Made by a program: the position numbers and the translations under genes. Under the pieces are notes generated by a model. The model made no database searches. It worked only from the letters and a program-made list of their open reading frames with translations, and was not told the DNA's origin. 64,000 bases of DNA, from the NCBI GenBank assembly GCA_963734495.1, contig CAVTHK010000010.1:1-64000 (forward strand), written 5' to 3'. Positions 43,752 to 56,988 of the stretch are shown here, piece by piece. The DNA comes from an uncultured Spirochaetota bacterium. GTDB taxonomy: Bacteria > Spirochaetota > Spirochaetia > SZUA-6 > CAVTHK01. Numbering within the stretch: the stretch's first letter is position 1; the number at the start of each line of letters is the position of its first letter.

Positions 43752-44570
43752 TCACATCATCCCGTAGTAGCTGATGAACGAGATCTCGTTGCGCACCTCG
43801 CGCACGCCCGGGACGCCCTTGGCGACTTCGACCGCCTTTTCCGCGTTCTTCAGGGCGCTCACCGCGCCGAGCAGCGTCACGACGCCGTCGCTCACGCGCG
43901 CTTCCAGGAACTGCACGGGCACCGCCTGGTCGTACAGGATGCGCGTCTCCACCTGCTGCCCCAGGGCGAGGTCGGACAGCAGCGAGCGCGCCGCGCTCTC
44001 GTGCTTCGACACGGCGAAGGGCTCGAGGGCCCTCTCGATCATGTCGGCCACGGTCTCGGCGTCGATGTGGGCCGTGTTGATCACGAGGTCGTAGATGGCC
44101 GGATCGTCCCAGTTCACGTTGAAAAAGTAGCGCCAGAAGCCCGATCGATCGTGGTCGGTGTGGCGCAGGATCTGCTCCGCCTGGTTGTCCTTGACCTTGA
44201 GCTGCGCCGCGATCCGCCGGACCCTGACCTCCCGTGGAGCGGTCACGCGCACGTGCAGCGTGCCCGGCAGCTCGCCGAGCAGGATCGGGCTGCCCCGCCC
44301 CACGATCACCGTGTTGCCGCGGGCAGCCTGCTCGTAGATCACGGCCTTCAGGAAGTGCAGGTAGCGGTCGCGGTCCGACGAGAACGCGTCCCAGACCGAG
44401 GGGCGTTTCTCGTCGTACTTCTCGAGTTTACGCTCGGTGATGCCGCGCTCCCCGAGCGCCTTGTCGAGCACGGCCTTGTCTACGAGGGTGTAACCGAGGC
44501 GTTTCGCCAGCGTCTCCGCGGCTTCGTTCCCGAGGCTCCCGAGCTCGCGCGAAACAGTGATGATTGCCAT
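43752..44570 (-). CDS. Cytidylate-kinase-like protein with C-terminal BON domain
   Basis: [24 protein letters not shown], and C-terminal GVVTLLG...[11 protein letters not shown]. Confidence 0.85.
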   Translation of the reverse strand: MAIITVSRELGSLGNEAAETLAKRLGYTLVDKAVLDKALGERGITERKLEKYDEKRPSVWDAFSSDRDRYLHFLKAVIYEQAARGNTVIVGRGSPILLGELPGTLHVRVTAPREVRVRRIAAQLKVKDNQAEQILRHTDHDRSGFWRYFFNVNWDDPAIYDLVINTAHIDAETVADMIERALEPFAVSKHESAARSLLSDLALGQQVETRILYDQAVPVQFLEARVSDGVVTLLGAVSALKNAEKAVEVAKGVPGVREVRNEISFISYYGMM

Positions 44571-44728
44571 CGCCGCACCTCCTGGTCAGCAAGTATAGGA
44601 CCTGCACGGTGCGGCGCGCAAACCGGATTTTCGCAAGCAGCACGGAGGCGAAGCGCGCTGCCACGGCGTCTCGGGCTCGCCCGGCGCTCCGCGGGCCCGC
44701 CCTGGAACGTCGGGCTACGACGCGTCGG

Positions 44729-47535
44729 TCACGGCGCCCTCGGGTACAGCACCACCCTGATGTAGCGGTCCGCCGGGAGGGCTGCGCCGCGCGGTCGTCC
44801 GCCAGGGACGCAGCGTCGAGCGACGCCACGAGGTCGGCCCGCATCAGCAGGTCCTGCGGGTCCTCGAGCCGGCGCAGGGCAGTCGCGATCCCCTCGGCCC
44901 AGTACGCGTTGGTCTTGGAGGCCAGCTCGGTGTTGCGCCGCATGATCTCTTTCTGCTTCGCCACCGACGCCTCGTCCGGCCCCTCGTCCTGGATGCGCTT
45001 GATCTCGGCGAACATCCTCGCCGAGAGTTCATCGACCCTGCCCGGGTCGCAGCCGAACCCGACGAAGACGCGCCGCTCGCCCCGCGGGTTCCTCGAGGTG
45101 CTCGAGAAGACCCCCACGCCGTACGTCCCGCCCTGCTGCTCGCGCAGAACGTCGGTGAGGCGGCTTTCGAGAATGCCGCTCAGCGCTTCCAGGCGCACGT
45201 CCTCGGCGAGCGACCAGTCGAAGGGCGCGTCGAATACGTACTGCACGCGGCTGACGGGCTCGAGCCCGACGCGCACGGTCTCCTCCACCCTGCCCTCGGG
45301 AGGCGTCACGCCCCGGTCGCGCCAGGTCTCGCGCGTCCGCGCCGGGGGCAGCCCGCCCAGGTAGCTTTCCACCAGCGGCCGGATCGCCGGGAGATCGAAG
45401 GAGCCCACGAATACGAAGGTGAAGTCGCCCCCCGCGGCGAAGCGCTCGCGGTACACCGCCAGCGAACGCTCGAGGCTCATGGCTTTGAGCTTTTCGGGTG
45501 TGAGCGGCTCGGCGCGCGGAGTCGCGGTTGGTCATCAGCAGGCGGATCGTGTCTCCGAATACCGTGTCGGGGTTCGCGAGCCGGGTCTCGACCCGCTCGC
45601 GCAGGCCGTCGCGGTAGGTTCTGAAGGCCTGCTCGTCGGCGCGCGGCGCGTGAAGGACAGGTACACGAGCTGCAGCAGCGTCTCGAGGTCGCGGCTCGAC
45701 GAGGAGCCTTCCATCCCCTCGTAGATCTCGGAAAGGTACGGCGCGAGCCGCACCTGTTTCCCCGCCAGCTTCTTTTCGAGCTCGACTCTGGTGAAGGCCC
45801 CCAGCCCCGACTCCTGCAGAATCCCGATCGCGGTGACCGCGGCCACGTAGTCCTGGTCGCCCACGAGCGAATAGCCGCCCGGGCTCAGAGCCCGGAAGAG
45901 GATCTCGTCCTTCCTGAAGTCCGTCGGCTTGAGGTAGACCTGCGCCCCGTTCGCCAGACGCCAGTAGGTGACGCCGAGCGAAGGGATCGCGCGCTCCTCG
46001 ACGACCCGCGACGGCGCCGGCGGCGAGGCGACGAGCGGCTCCTCGCGGGTGGCGTCCTTGTAGGGCTCGAGCGCGGCGACGGCGACGCGGTCGAAGGCCG
46101 CGGCCAGGTCCGCCTCCGCGGGCGGCGCGAGCCCGGGCCTGGCCGGGGCGCTCACGGCGAGCACGGCGTTCTCGCGCGATATCCACGCGGCGCCGAGCGA
46201 GCTCACCTCCTGCAGCGCGATCCCCGGGACGAACCGCTTGTACAGGCTCGTATTCGTATGCGATTCCCGGGATCGTCTCGCCCTCCAGGAAATTGCCCAT
46301 GTACTCCCTGACGTAGGAGCCCGACGGCGTGTCCTCGCGCTCGTTGTAGAGCCGCTCCAGCCGCGCGAGCACCGCGTCCTTCTCGCGCGCGAGCTCGCTC
46401 TCCGTGAACCCGTACCTCCGCACTCGCTCCGCCTCGGTCAGCAGGGCCTCCAGCCCGGGCACGATCATCCCGTCCTTGGCGCGGCCGCCGAGGTAGGTCA
46501 CCCCCATGGTCCGCACGAGGTTGCTGCGCGAGCTGCCGGCGTCCAGCAGCGGGCTTCCGGGCCGCTGCACGACCTCGTCCAGCCGGGCGTTCAGCATCTC
46601 CGTGAACATGGACAGCACGATGGAGTCGCGATACTCCGCGACCGTCCTCATCTGCTCGGGAGGGCGCTTGGAGTACAGCGCGACGCGCGAAGCCGTCGCC
46701 TCCGGGTCGGTGACGATCGAGAATCGCAGCCCCTTGCCATCGGGCACTTCGAAGCGCGGCCTCTCGCGCTCTCCAGGCGGCCCCGGCCAGGCCGCCGAAC
46801 AGCTCGCGGACGCGGGCCTCGACCCTGGCGGCGTCGAAGTCGCCGACCGCGACGACCGCCATCAGGTCGGGACGATACCAGTCGTGGTAGAAGTCGCGGA
46901 TCCTCTGCGCCGGGCCGTGCTCGATCACGTCGAGCTCGCCGATCGGCAGTCGCTCGCGCGTACCGCGACCCGGCCAGGAGCGCGGGGATCTGCTTGTCCC
47001 GGATCCGCGCTTCGGCGCCGCGGCCCGTGCGCCACTCCTCGACGATCACGCCGCGCTCCTTGTCGATCTGCCTGTCGTCGAAGGTCACCGCCGAGGCCCA
47101 TTCGGAGAGGATGCGAAGGCCGGTGTCCAGGTTGTCCCAGCTGCGCGTCGGCACCTGCAGGCGATACACCGTCTCGTCGAAGCTGGTCGATGCGTTGAGC
47201 TCCGGCCCGAACTCGATCCCCATGGACTCCAGGTAGTGGATCAGCTGCTCTTCGGGAAAGCCCTTCGTCCCGTTGAACGCCATGTGCTCGACGAAGTGCG
47301 CGAGGCCCCTCTGGTTCTCGTCCTCCAGGACGGACCCGGCGTTGACGACGAGGCGCATCTCGGCGGTGTTTTCGGGCTTGCGGTTGGCGCGGATGTAGTA
47401 GGTGAGCCCGTTGGAGAGGCGGCCGACCGCGACCGCAGGATCGGTCGGCAGCGTCTCGCCCCTGCCGGGGATCGTCCGGCATCCAGCCACCGCGGCCACG
47501 ACAGCGGCAAAGACGAGAACTCGCGCTTTCTTCAC
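44729..47535 (-). CDS. M16 family zinc protease lipoprotein (PqqL-like); multiple frameshifts
   Basis: Lipobox VAGC, GLAHFVEHMAFNGT (HxxEH), ERGVIVEEWR, LREQQGGTYGV. Confidence 0.9.
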
Positions 47536-47643
47536 GTGCGGGAACCTCCGTCGGGCCCGTCAGAGAATGTACACAGGCCGCGCCGATTCCGCCCACCGCA
47601 GGGGGGCCGCAGGGGAGCCCGCTTCAGCAGCCTCGCCGCACGC

Positions 47644-48092
47644 TCAAGGTGCCCGCAGCCTGCGGGCCAGCTCTCTGTCGAGCGCGGCGGCAAAGCGGTG
47701 GGGCCCGCCGCGGAATCGGCGCCGCCCGGTCTCGATGCCGCCGCGGCGCAGGTCCGTGAGCAGGTTGCGCATCGCCAGGCGCTCGCCGATCGTGTCGCCT
47801 GTGTACACGTCGCCCCTGGGGTGAATCACGTCCACGCCGGCGGCCGCGAGGGCGGCCGCCAGGGGAATGTCGGCAGTCACGGCGAGGTCGCCGCTTCGCG
47901 CGCGCCGACGAAGGTAGCTGTCCGCCGAGCCTTCGCCCGACGGAACGAGCACGAATCGCACCCGCGGCGCGCGGTCGACCTCTATCGGCTTTGCCGCGAC
48001 GAAGACCACGTCCACCGTTATGCGCCGGCAGCGCGCTCGACGATCCGCCTGACCGCGGCCGGACACCCGTCGGCATCGACCCAGACGGTCAC
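47644..48092 (-). CDS. YaiI/YqxD (DUF188) family protein; frameshift near 48025
   Basis: [20 protein letters not shown]. Confidence 0.85.
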
Positions 48093-49446
48093 CGGTGCGG
48101 GTCCGCGAAGCGGACGCGGATCGCCGTCATGATCTCGTAGAGGTGCACGAAGATGTCGACGAGCTCCGGGTCGAAGTGCTTGCCCGCCTGCATGTGGATG
48201 TGCTTGAGGGCGTGCTCGTCCTTCCACGGCGGCTTGTAGGCGCGACGCGAGACCAGGGCGTCGAAGACGTCCGCCAGCGCCACGATGCGCCCGAAGAGGG
48301 GGATCTCCTCGCCTCGCTTGCCCTCGCCGAAGTAGACCTTGTCGGCGTAGATGTCCTCGACGTGGCCCGGGATAGCCGGTGCCGTCCCAGTGCTCGTGGT
48401 GGTTGAGCGTGACCTCTTCGCACGCGCGGTCCCAGGAGTTGGTCGAGTGCCGGAAGAGCCGGGCGCCGTAGATCGTGTGATAGCGGACCAGGAGCTTCTC
48501 CTCGTAGGAGAGCGATCCGGCCTTGCGCAGGATGGAGTCGCTGACCGCGATCTTGCCGACGTCGTGCAGGATGGCCGCCGTTCTCAGGGCCGCCCTGTTC
48601 TTGTTGATCTCTTCGACGCTGAGGCCGCGCCGCTCGGCCCACACCTGGTAGATCTCGGTCGAATAGGCGCCGACGCGGCGCGCGTGCGCGGTGGTCTCGA
48701 AGGGGTCGTGCATCTCCGCGATGTCGACCATCCGCAGGACCATCTCGCGGGCGTCCCGCGCCTTTTCGATGGCGACGGCGGAGCTGTCGGCGAACTGCGT
48801 CACGATCTGCCTGGTCGCGCATGGAGAACGGCACGACGCCGCCGTGCTCGTCCTTGGCGTTGATCAGCTGCAGGACGCCCGACGACCCCCTCGTCGCGCA
48901 CCCGCAGGGGGCACGACCATGATCGAATGGCGTCCGGTAGTTGGTCTTTCGGTCGAACGAGGCGTTAAAGGTGTAAGAAACGTCGCTCTTGATGTCGTAG
49001 ACGTCGTCGATCATCAGCGGCTCGCCGGCGGCGGCCGCGTAGCCCGCGAGCGACTTCTTGTTCACGGGAAGCCGCGTAAGCGAGTACACGTACTTGTCGA
49101 CCGCGCTCTCCTGGTGGAACAGCGTGTCGTTCTGCACGTAGGAGAAGTAGAGGTAGTTGCCGGCGAGCATGTAGATGGTCCCGGCGTCGGCGTTGGCGAA
49201 GCGCCGGGCCTCGTGCAGCACCCACTCGAGCAGCGAGTCGAGGTCCTTGATGCGGGTGATGTCCGCGATCGACCGCCGCCAGATCGGGCCGCCCGTCGTC
49301 GCGAACCCTCGCCGGCAGCTCCTGCCTCGGCGCGGGCGAGGCCTCAGCGGGACGCGGCGCTGGCGGCGGCGCCTGGGGGACGGGCTGCGCCCGGGGCGCA
49401 GACGGCTTCGCAGGCGCGCCCGGCGGCCGCGGAGCACGTGAGACAT
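48089..49446 (-). CDS. GAF plus HD-GYP phosphodiesterase; frameshifts
   Basis: [40 protein letters not shown]. Confidence 0.88.
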
Positions 49447-49667
49447 CTGACACCGGCGTAGCCAGCCGGGTGTTTCCCTCTGCCTGTTGCAGTAGAGCCA
49501 TAGGGGAGTCACCGCAATTATAGACCAAAACAGCGGATATGACAGCCCGCAAATCCCGGTGGCGTGGACGGCATCGACCACGGGCACGCGAGGAGGCGGT
49601 GCCGCCCCCTGGTTCTGCCGCCCCTCGTTCTTGACCCTGCGGGGACCCCGGACTATGGTGGGACGCG

Positions 49668-50135
49668 ATGGGTCCGGAGCCGTTCGTGTGGGCGATCATC
49701 GGCATCCTGCTCATGGCGGCGGAAAGCCTGACTCCGGGCTTCTGGGTGATCTTTTTCGGCGCGGGCGGCCTGGTGACCGGGGCGCTCACCTGGCTCGTGC
49801 CTGGCCTCTCGGGCAGGTGGCACTTGCAGGTCCTCCTCTGGCTCGGTTCGTCCTCGCTGCTGCTCGCCCTGCTGCGGAGGGCCCTGCAGAGCCGCTTCGG
49901 CGGCAGGCGCGTCCCGGAGGATTCGATAGGCTCCCGGGCGGTCGTGGTCGAAGCCATCGCCCCGGGCAGGCCCGGGCGGATCAGGTTCGCAGGGACGACC
50001 TGGCGCGCGGAGAGTTACGACGAGGAGATCGCCGCAGGCGAGACGGTCGAGATCCTCGCGCGGGATAGTCTCACGTATTTCGTGTCGAGGCCTTTCCTCG
50101 ACGCGGGGGAACAACCGGGGGAGGAACAACCGTGA
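49668..50135 (+). CDS. NfeD-like membrane protein (short type)
   Basis: TM helices, then G.IRFAGTTWRA OB-fold, directly upstream of SPFH genes. Confidence 0.85.
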   Translation: MGPEPFVWAIIGILLMAAESLTPGFWVIFFGAGGLVTGALTWLVPGLSGRWHLQVLLWLGSSSLLLALLRRALQSRFGGRRVPEDSIGSRAVVVEAIAPGRPGRIRFAGTTWRAESYDEEIAAGETVEILARDSLTYFVSRPFLDAGEQPGEEQP

Positions 50136-51112
50136 ACACGCTGTGGACCGCGGTGCTGGTGGCGGCCTTCTTCTTCATCTTCTATCGCCTCATCCGGATC
50201 ATCCCCGAGCAGGAGGCGTGGGTGCTCGAGCAGCTCGGCAAGTACCGCCGGACGCTGGGCGCGGGGCTCCACCTCGTGATCCCGTTCGCGCAGAGGGTCG
50301 CGTACAAGCACTCGCTCAAGGAGGAGGCGATCGACGTGCCGCCGCAGATCTGCATCACGCAGGACAACGTGCAGGTGACCGTCGACGGGCTGCTGTACCT
50401 CAAGGTCGTCGATCCCGCCAAGGCGAGCTACGGCATCGAGAACTACCGTTACGCCACCGCGCAGCTCGCGCAGACCACCATGCGCAGCGAGATCGGCAGG
50501 ATCTCGCTCGACCACACGTTCTCCGAGCGCGAGCATCTCAACGACTCGATCGTCAAGGCGGTGGACGAGGCGTCGGACGCGTGGGGCATCAAGGTCAACC
50601 GTTACGAGATCCGCGACATATCGCCGCCCGACAACGTTCTCGAGGCGATGGAGAAGCAGATGCGAGCCGAGCGCGAGAAGCGCGCCGAGATCCTCAAGAG
50701 CGAAGGCGAGAGGGAAGCCCGCATCAACCAGTCGAAGGGAGAGCGCGAGGAGGCGATCAACCTGAGCAAGGGCGAGCGGCAGAGGCGCATCAACGTGGCC
50801 CAGGGCCACGCGCGTGCCATCGAGCTGACGGCCGAGGCTACGGCGCAGGGCATCCGGGAGATCGCCGAATGCGATCCGCCAGCCTGGCGGCCGGGCGGCC
50901 ATGTCGCTGCGGGTCGCCGAGCAGTACGTCGCGCAGCTCGGCGACATCCTCGAGGCCTCGACCACCTCGGTGCTGCCTCCCGAGCTGGCAGGGATCAAGG
51001 GCGTCCTCGACGCGTCCTGCCCCAGGCCCGCGGCGCCCGCCGCTCCGCGCCCGCCGATCGACCACCTGCCGGGCCGCACGCGGCCCCGCTCCCAGAGGAG
51101 GGCAAGGCATGA
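50132..51112 (+). CDS. SPFH/stomatin-like (paraslipin) protein 1; frameshifted C-terminus
   Basis: CITQDNVQV.VDG, LAQTTMRSEIG, WGIKVNRYEI, QMRAEREKRA. Confidence 0.9.
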   Translation: MNTLWTAVLVAAFFFIFYRLIRIIPEQEAWVLEQLGKYRRTLGAGLHLVIPFAQRVAYKHSLKEEAIDVPPQICITQDNVQVTVDGLLYLKVVDPAKASYGIENYRYATAQLAQTTMRSEIGRISLDHTFSEREHLNDSIVKAVDEASDAWGIKVNRYEIRDISPPDNVLEAMEKQMRAEREKRAEILKSEGEREARINQSKGEREEAINLSKGERQRRINVAQGHARAIELTAEATAQGIREIAECDPPAWRPGGHVAAGRRAVRRAARRHPRGLDHLGAASRAGRDQGRPRRVLPQARGARRSAPADRPPAGPHAAPLPEEGKA

Positions 51113-52041
51113 ACCAGATCCTCACCTCGATCGTCCTCGCGCTCTTGGGCCTTTTCGTCGCGCGTCTCGATCCTACGCAGCGTCCGCATCGTGCCCGCGC
51201 AGAGCGCCCTCGTGGTCGAGCGGCTGGGCCGCTACGCCAGGACGCTCGAGGCAGGGTTCCACGTGCTCTTCCCGTTCATCGACCAGGTCCGGTACCGCCA
51301 CACGCTCAAGGAGCAGGCGCTCGACGTGCCCTCGCAGCCGTGCATCACGCTCGACAACGTCAAGGTCCAGGTCGACGGCGTGCTCTACATGAAAGTGATG
51401 GACCCGCGGAAGGCCAGCTACGGCATCGCCGACTACAAGTACGCCACGATCCAGCTCGCCCAGACTTCCATGCGCTCGGTCATCGGGAAGCTGGAGCTCG
51501 ACAAGACGTTCGAGGAGCGGCAGCAGATCAACGCCGCAGATCGTCAAGAGCGTGGACGAAGCCTCGGCCGCGTGGGGCGTCGACGTGACGCGGTACGAGA
51601 TCCAGAACATCCACGTGCCCGAGACCGTGCTCAAGTCCATGGAAGTGCAGATGATCGCCGAGCGCGACCGGCGCGCCGTGCTCGCGAAGAGCGTCGGCGA
51701 GATGGAGTCGCGCATCAACTACTCCATCGGGGTCATGGAGGAGGCCATCAACCGCAGCGAGGGCGAGAAGCAGCGCAGCGTCAACGAGGCCGAAGGCACC
51801 CGCGAGGAGATCCTCTCGCTCGCACGGGCCACCGCGGCCGGCCTGCGCAGCGTCGCTGCCGCGGTGGAGGCGTCCGGAGGCGAAGAGGCGGTCGTGCTGC
51901 GCATCACCGAGCAGTACATCGCGCAGCTGCGGCGCCTCGCGCGCAAGGGGACCAGCGTGGTGCTGCCCGATGGACCTCGCCGATTTCACCGGCGTTCTGA
52001 ACCAGGTGCGCGCCCTCGTCGAGGAGCGGACGAAGACCTGA
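51109..52041 (+). CDS. SPFH/stomatin-like (paraslipin) protein 2; frameshifts
   Basis: CITLDNVKVQVDG, LAQTSMRSVIG, WGVDVTRYEI. Confidence 0.88.
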
Positions 52042-52126
52042 GGCGCGCCTTGAGACGATCCGCGCCGCCCGCCATCATGCCCGCCGCGACGACGCGGCTG
52101 CTCGTTCACCGACACCAGGAGGAAGC

Positions 52127-53128
52127 ATGCTTTACCGGAAGCTCGGGCGCAGCGCCGTCGACGTCTCCGCGATCGCCCTCGGTTGCTGGGGTCTGTGCAG
52201 CGACCCCATGTGGGGCGAGACCGACGAGCGCGACGCGGTCGCCACGGTGCGGGCGGCGGTCGAGCGCGGCGATCACGCTCTTCGACACGGCCGAGGCCTA
52301 CGGGGCGGGCCAGTCCGAAGAGCGGCTCGGCAAGGCGACTCAAGGGCCTGCGGGACCGCGTCGTCATCGCGACCAAGGTGTCGACAAAGAACTGCGCGCC
52401 CGCGGACCTCGAGCGCTCCTGCGAGGCAAGCCTGCGACGGCTGCAGACCGACTCGATCGACCTCTACCAGATCCACTGGCCGATGACCGCCGGGGCTTCT
52501 CCCTCGAGGCCGCGCTCTCCGCGATGGAACGGCTCCGCGAATCCGGCAAGATCCGGCTCATCGGCGTCTGCAACTTCGGCGTCGTCAATCTCTCCGAGAT
52601 CCCCGACCCTTCGGTGATCGTTTCGGACCAGCTCCCCTACAGCCTGCTGTGGCGGGCCCTCGAGTTCGAGATCCTCCCCCGCTGCGCCGCGCTCGGCATC
52701 GGCACGCTCACCTACAGCACGCTCCTGCACGGGCTGCTCAGCGGGAAGTACCGGTCGGCGCGACGAGTTCCCGCCGGACCGGGCGCGCACGCGGCACTTT
52801 TCGCGGAGGCGGCCGCAGACGCGCCACGGCCAGGAGGGCGTTCGAGGAGCTCACGTTCGGCACGATCCGGCGCATCCAGGACGCTCTGCGACGAGGCCGG
52901 GATGCCCATGGCGCAGGCGGCCCTCGCCTGGGCGGTCGGCAGGCCGGGGATCACGTCGGTTCTCGCCGGCGCGCGCACGCCGGCTCAGGTCGCGGAGAAC
53001 GCGGCACGCCGTGGAGGAGCACTGCGCCGCAGCGGCTGCTGGAGGCGCTGACCGCGGCGAGCGAAGACCTCAGGGCGGCGCTCGGCCCCGACCCCGACAT
53101 GTGGCAGTCACCCGGTCGCACGAGGTGA
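52127..53128 (+). CDS. Aldo/keto reductase; frameshifts
   Basis: FDTAEAYG, IATKV, SLRRLQTDSIDLYQIHWP, GKIRLIGVCNF. Confidence 0.9.
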
Positions 53129-54343
53129 GAGCGTCCCGCCTCGCGGTCCCGTGCCGCGGTCACGGGGTACATCTACCTTCTCATGTTCGTCTATGCCTTT
53201 TCCACGACCATGATCGGGCCGCTCATGCCCGAGCTCGTCGGCTACTACCGCGTGGATCCTCGGGGCCGGCGGCCTCCTCGTCACGTTCATGAGCGTCGGC
53301 GGCATCCTCGCCATGCTCGCTCGGGGGCGCCCTCGCCGACAGGGGCAGCAAGCCGCGCCTCATCGCGATCTGCTTTCTCGCGTACGCGCTGGTCCTGCTG
53401 CTCGCCGGCCGCGGGCCCTGGCTCGCCGCTGCTGTACGCGCTGTTCTTCGCGCTCGGGGCCGAGCACGCGCTACATGGACATGGTCGCCAACGCGCTGGT
53501 CGCGGACCTGCACGCCGACCGCAAGGAGCGCGCCCTCAGCCTGCTGCACGCGATCTTCGGCGTGGGAGCGCTCCTCGGACCTCTCTACGCCCGGGTGCTC
53601 GTCGATGCGACGGGGGCCTGGACCAACGCCTACACGCTCCTCGGCGCGGCAGGCCTCGCGGTGCTCGCGTCTCGGCTTTCCCTTCGTGCTCGGCGCGGCG
53701 CCCAGCGGAGCCCCGTGCCGGCGGCGGCTCGCGGGGGCGCCGGGCGCCTGCTGCGCTCACGCGACGTGTGGCTCCTCGCCGCGATCCTCTTTCTCTACGT
53801 CGTCCATCAGTCGGGGCTCACGGTCTGGCTTCCGACCTACATGGAGCGGGAGATGGGCGCCTCGAAATGGCTCGCGAGCGTCGGCCCCTCGCTGCTCTGG
53901 CTGGGAATCGTGGCGGGGCGGTTTCTCACCTCGGCGCTCGCCATGCGCCTGGGAGGCCGCAGGATCCTGGTCTGGGGCCACGTCGCCGGCGGGCGTGGCG
54001 CTGACGGCGGCGGTGCTCTCTCGCTCGCAGGCGCCCTGGCGGCGGGCGTCGTCGCCGCCGGGGTCGCGACCGGCTGCCGCCTACCCGCTCACGGTCGCGA
54101 TCGCCTGCGCGCGGCACCCCCGCGAAACGGGCGCCGTGACGTCGATGCTGTTCGTCAGCGGAAGCCTCGCCCGCATGGTGTACCCGTGGGCCGTCGGCGC
54201 TCTGGCCGCCCTCGATGGGCCTGTTTCCCGGCATGCTCGTCACGGGCGTCGCCCTGCTGGCGGGAGGCGCTCTCGCGCTGCGCCTCCGCGATCGGACCGC
54301 GATGGGCGCGACGAACGCGACGGCGCGGCAGGGCGCGCGATAG
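53125..54343 (+). CDS. MFS transporter; frameshifts
   Basis: Many TM segments, NALVADL, LHAIFGVGALLGP, WLPTYM. Confidence 0.8.
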
Positions 54344-54354
54344 CCGCCGGTGGC

Positions 54355-55404
54355 TCACCCGACGCGAACGCCGAGCAGCGACCCTTCCGATCTGCGCGAG
54401 CCTGTCGAGGTCGCCGACCCAGGTCCACATCTGGAAGAGGTTGGTCGCCTCGCTTCGGCCCTCGGCCCCGCCGACGGGCTCCCCGCTGCACTCGATCTCA
54501 GCGAGCCCGCTCGCATCGCCGCCGCCGTTGCGCACGCGCGCCGAAAAGCCGCGCCCCCCGGCGGCTGCCGTCTGCCTGCCCGCGGCGGCGGGCTCGTCGG
54601 CATACGCGGCCGAGGGGTTGCTCAAGAAGCTCCGCACCAGGAGGGCCGTCTGTCCGTCGGGCCTGCTCACGAGATACCCCATGCGGCCCCAGAGGGATCC
54701 CGCCTTGTACCCCACGCCGAAGCAGCCGGTCTCCGTCGAGCCTCAGCCGGACGCACCCCGGCCCGATGCTCTGGCAGTCGAGCCCCGCGGGCTCGCCGAT
54801 GTCGCGGTACTCCACCTCGCCGACGTCGGCACCACCAGCGTCCCGCCCGGATGCAGCCGGGCGAGCACGCGGGCCTCGCTCGCCACGCCGTCGCGGCTCG
54901 CCTCGAGCAGCGTCACCTCGTGCTCGAACCCCGCGTAGCGCGTGCTGCGGCCCAGGCTGCGCCCCTCGTCGAGCGACCGCAGGGGGTCCGCGCAGGGACG
55001 CACGATCCGCTCGACGCTCAGGTGCTTGCGGCCGCTCGCGACGACCTTCGCTTCCAGCACCAGGTCCTGCCGCACCCGCACCCCGCGGCCGCGCGCGGAA
55101 AGGGCGTGCGCCGATGGAATCGGCCGTGTTTCGCCGCCGTCGAGCACGACCCGCACCCTTTCACCCCCGAGGTCCCGTCCCGCCGCCCGCGACGAACCGC
55201 TCGAAAGCCGCGGGCGAGCCAAGCGAACGGCTCGACCTGCAGAAGGCTCTCCGCCTCCTCGCCCCAGAACGGCCCGAGGACGCACCCTCCGCGGGCCGTC
55301 ACGACGACCTGGCACCCCTCGGCGATCTCGAGCTCCTCGAACCGGACGGCCTGTTCGGCCAGCCGGCCCTTACGGCGGAAAGGACGGCCGGTCCCATGGT
55401 TCAT
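54355..55404 (-). CDS. Conserved hypothetical protein (DUF6786-like); frameshifts
   Basis: RGG.VLGPF, LGGERV, GYKA...GR.GY, LLVRSF..NPS..Y.DEP, EIEC.G. Family call is tentative. Confidence 0.45.
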
Positions 55405-55450
55405 CCCGCCCCGGTCGGGGCAACCGGCGCCGTCGCGCCGACACGGCGCA

Positions 55451-56874
55451 TCAGCGCGTGAGCCCGAGCGTGACGCGGGCGCCATCCCGGTAGATCTGGA
55501 AGCTGACGTCGCGGCCGCGCGCTCTCGTTCAGCGCGCGGTAGAAGTCCATGACGTTGCGCACGTCTTCGTTGTTCACGGACCTCACGATGTCGCCGGGGC
55601 GAAATCCCGCAATCGCGGCGGGACTGCCGTCGGCGACGTTGGAGACCACCAGGTCCCCCACGCCGCGGCTGAGCCTGAGCTGGTCGCGGATGCGGTCGGT
55701 GATGCGCATGACGGATACGCCGGGCCACACCGCCTTCTGCCGGGCCTCGATCTTCTGATCGTCGTCGCGCGCGACGATCGTCACGGTGATCGTCACCGGC
55801 CGGCTGTAGCGGATCAGGTCGAAGCGCACGCGCTTGCCGGGTGCGAGCCCGCCGACGACGCGGAGCAGGTGATTCGTGTTGCGGATCGCCTCGCCGTCGA
55901 TGCTGATGACGAAGTCTCCGGGCAGGATACCCGCCTTTGGCGCGGGTGAGTCCTGGAACACGCTGTAGACGAATCCGCCCTCGCGGCCCTTGACCTTGAG
56001 GTCGTCGGCCATCTCGTCCGGGATGTCGCCCACGTTGATGCCGAGCCAGCCGTACTCCACCCGACCCTTGTTGATGAAGTCGTCGACGACCTTTTTGGCG
56101 GAGTTGATCGGAATGGCGAAGCCGAGGCCGACGTTGCCCCCCGATGGCGAAGCGATCCAGCTGTTGATGCCGATCACCTCGCCGCGGATGTTGGCGAGGG
56201 CGCCGCCCGAGTTGCCCTGGTTTATGGCGGCGTCCGTCTGGATGTACTCGTTGAAGCCGCCCTGCACGCCCGGGCCGGCCTGCCTGCCGATCGCGCTGAT
56301 GATCCCGACCGTCACGGTGGACTCGAACCCCAGCGGGTTGCCGACGGCCACCGCCCAGTCGCCGACCTCGATCCGGTCGGAATCCCCGAGGTCCGCCACG
56401 GGGACCGCGTCGCGGCTCTCAAAGGACACCAGCGCCATGTCACGCCGCGGGTCACGCCCCACGAGCTTCGCGTCGAACTTGCGGCCGTCGTTCAGGTTGA
56501 TCCTGATCTGCTCGGCCTCGCCCACGACGTGATCGTTGGTGAGGACGTACACCCTGGTCGCCTTCCCTGCGCACGATCACTCCCGAACCCAGGCCTTCGC
56601 GGCGGAACTCCTGGTCCTGCGGCTGCGGGCCCCCCTGGTTGCCCTCGGGGCCGCGGGGACCGAAGAAGAAGAAGAACGGGTTCACCCGCTGCGCGGGCTG
56701 CTTGACGACGTCGACCACGTCGATCTCGACCACGCTCGGCAGGACCTTCCTCGCCACAAAGCGGAACGCGTTCTGCAGGTTCTCGAGCGTCGCCATCGCC
56801 CGGTCGGCCTGCGCGTACGCGGCAAGCGCCGCCAGCACCAACAGTCCGAAGATCACGGCCCGTCTGCGGCTCAT
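55451..56874 (-). CDS. degP: Do/DegP (HtrA) serine protease with two PDZ domains; frameshifts
   Basis: GLGSGVIV, LTNDHVV, IQTDAAINQGNSGG, GLGFAIP, PDZ repeats. Confidence 0.92.
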
Positions 56875-56936
56875 CGATTTTCCTCCTGGTTTCTTTGCGC
56901 CGAAATCCTTCTATGCGCCGACGATATCGTGGCGGA

Positions 56937-56963
56937 ATGACCCGGCCCTTACGCCCGCATTAC
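56937..56963 (-). promoter_or_regulatory. Three 11-bp-phased direct repeats upstream of degP (candidate OmpR-family sites)
   Basis: Plus-strand ATGAC (56937), CTTAC (56948), ATTAC (56959). Confidence 0.45.
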
Positions 56964-56988
56964 AATTTAGCAACGAACAGGCCGTCGG

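Noticed and set aside
49668-52041. nfeD plus tandem SPFH genes as a novel system
   Set aside because: NfeD-stomatin operons are well described and widespread.
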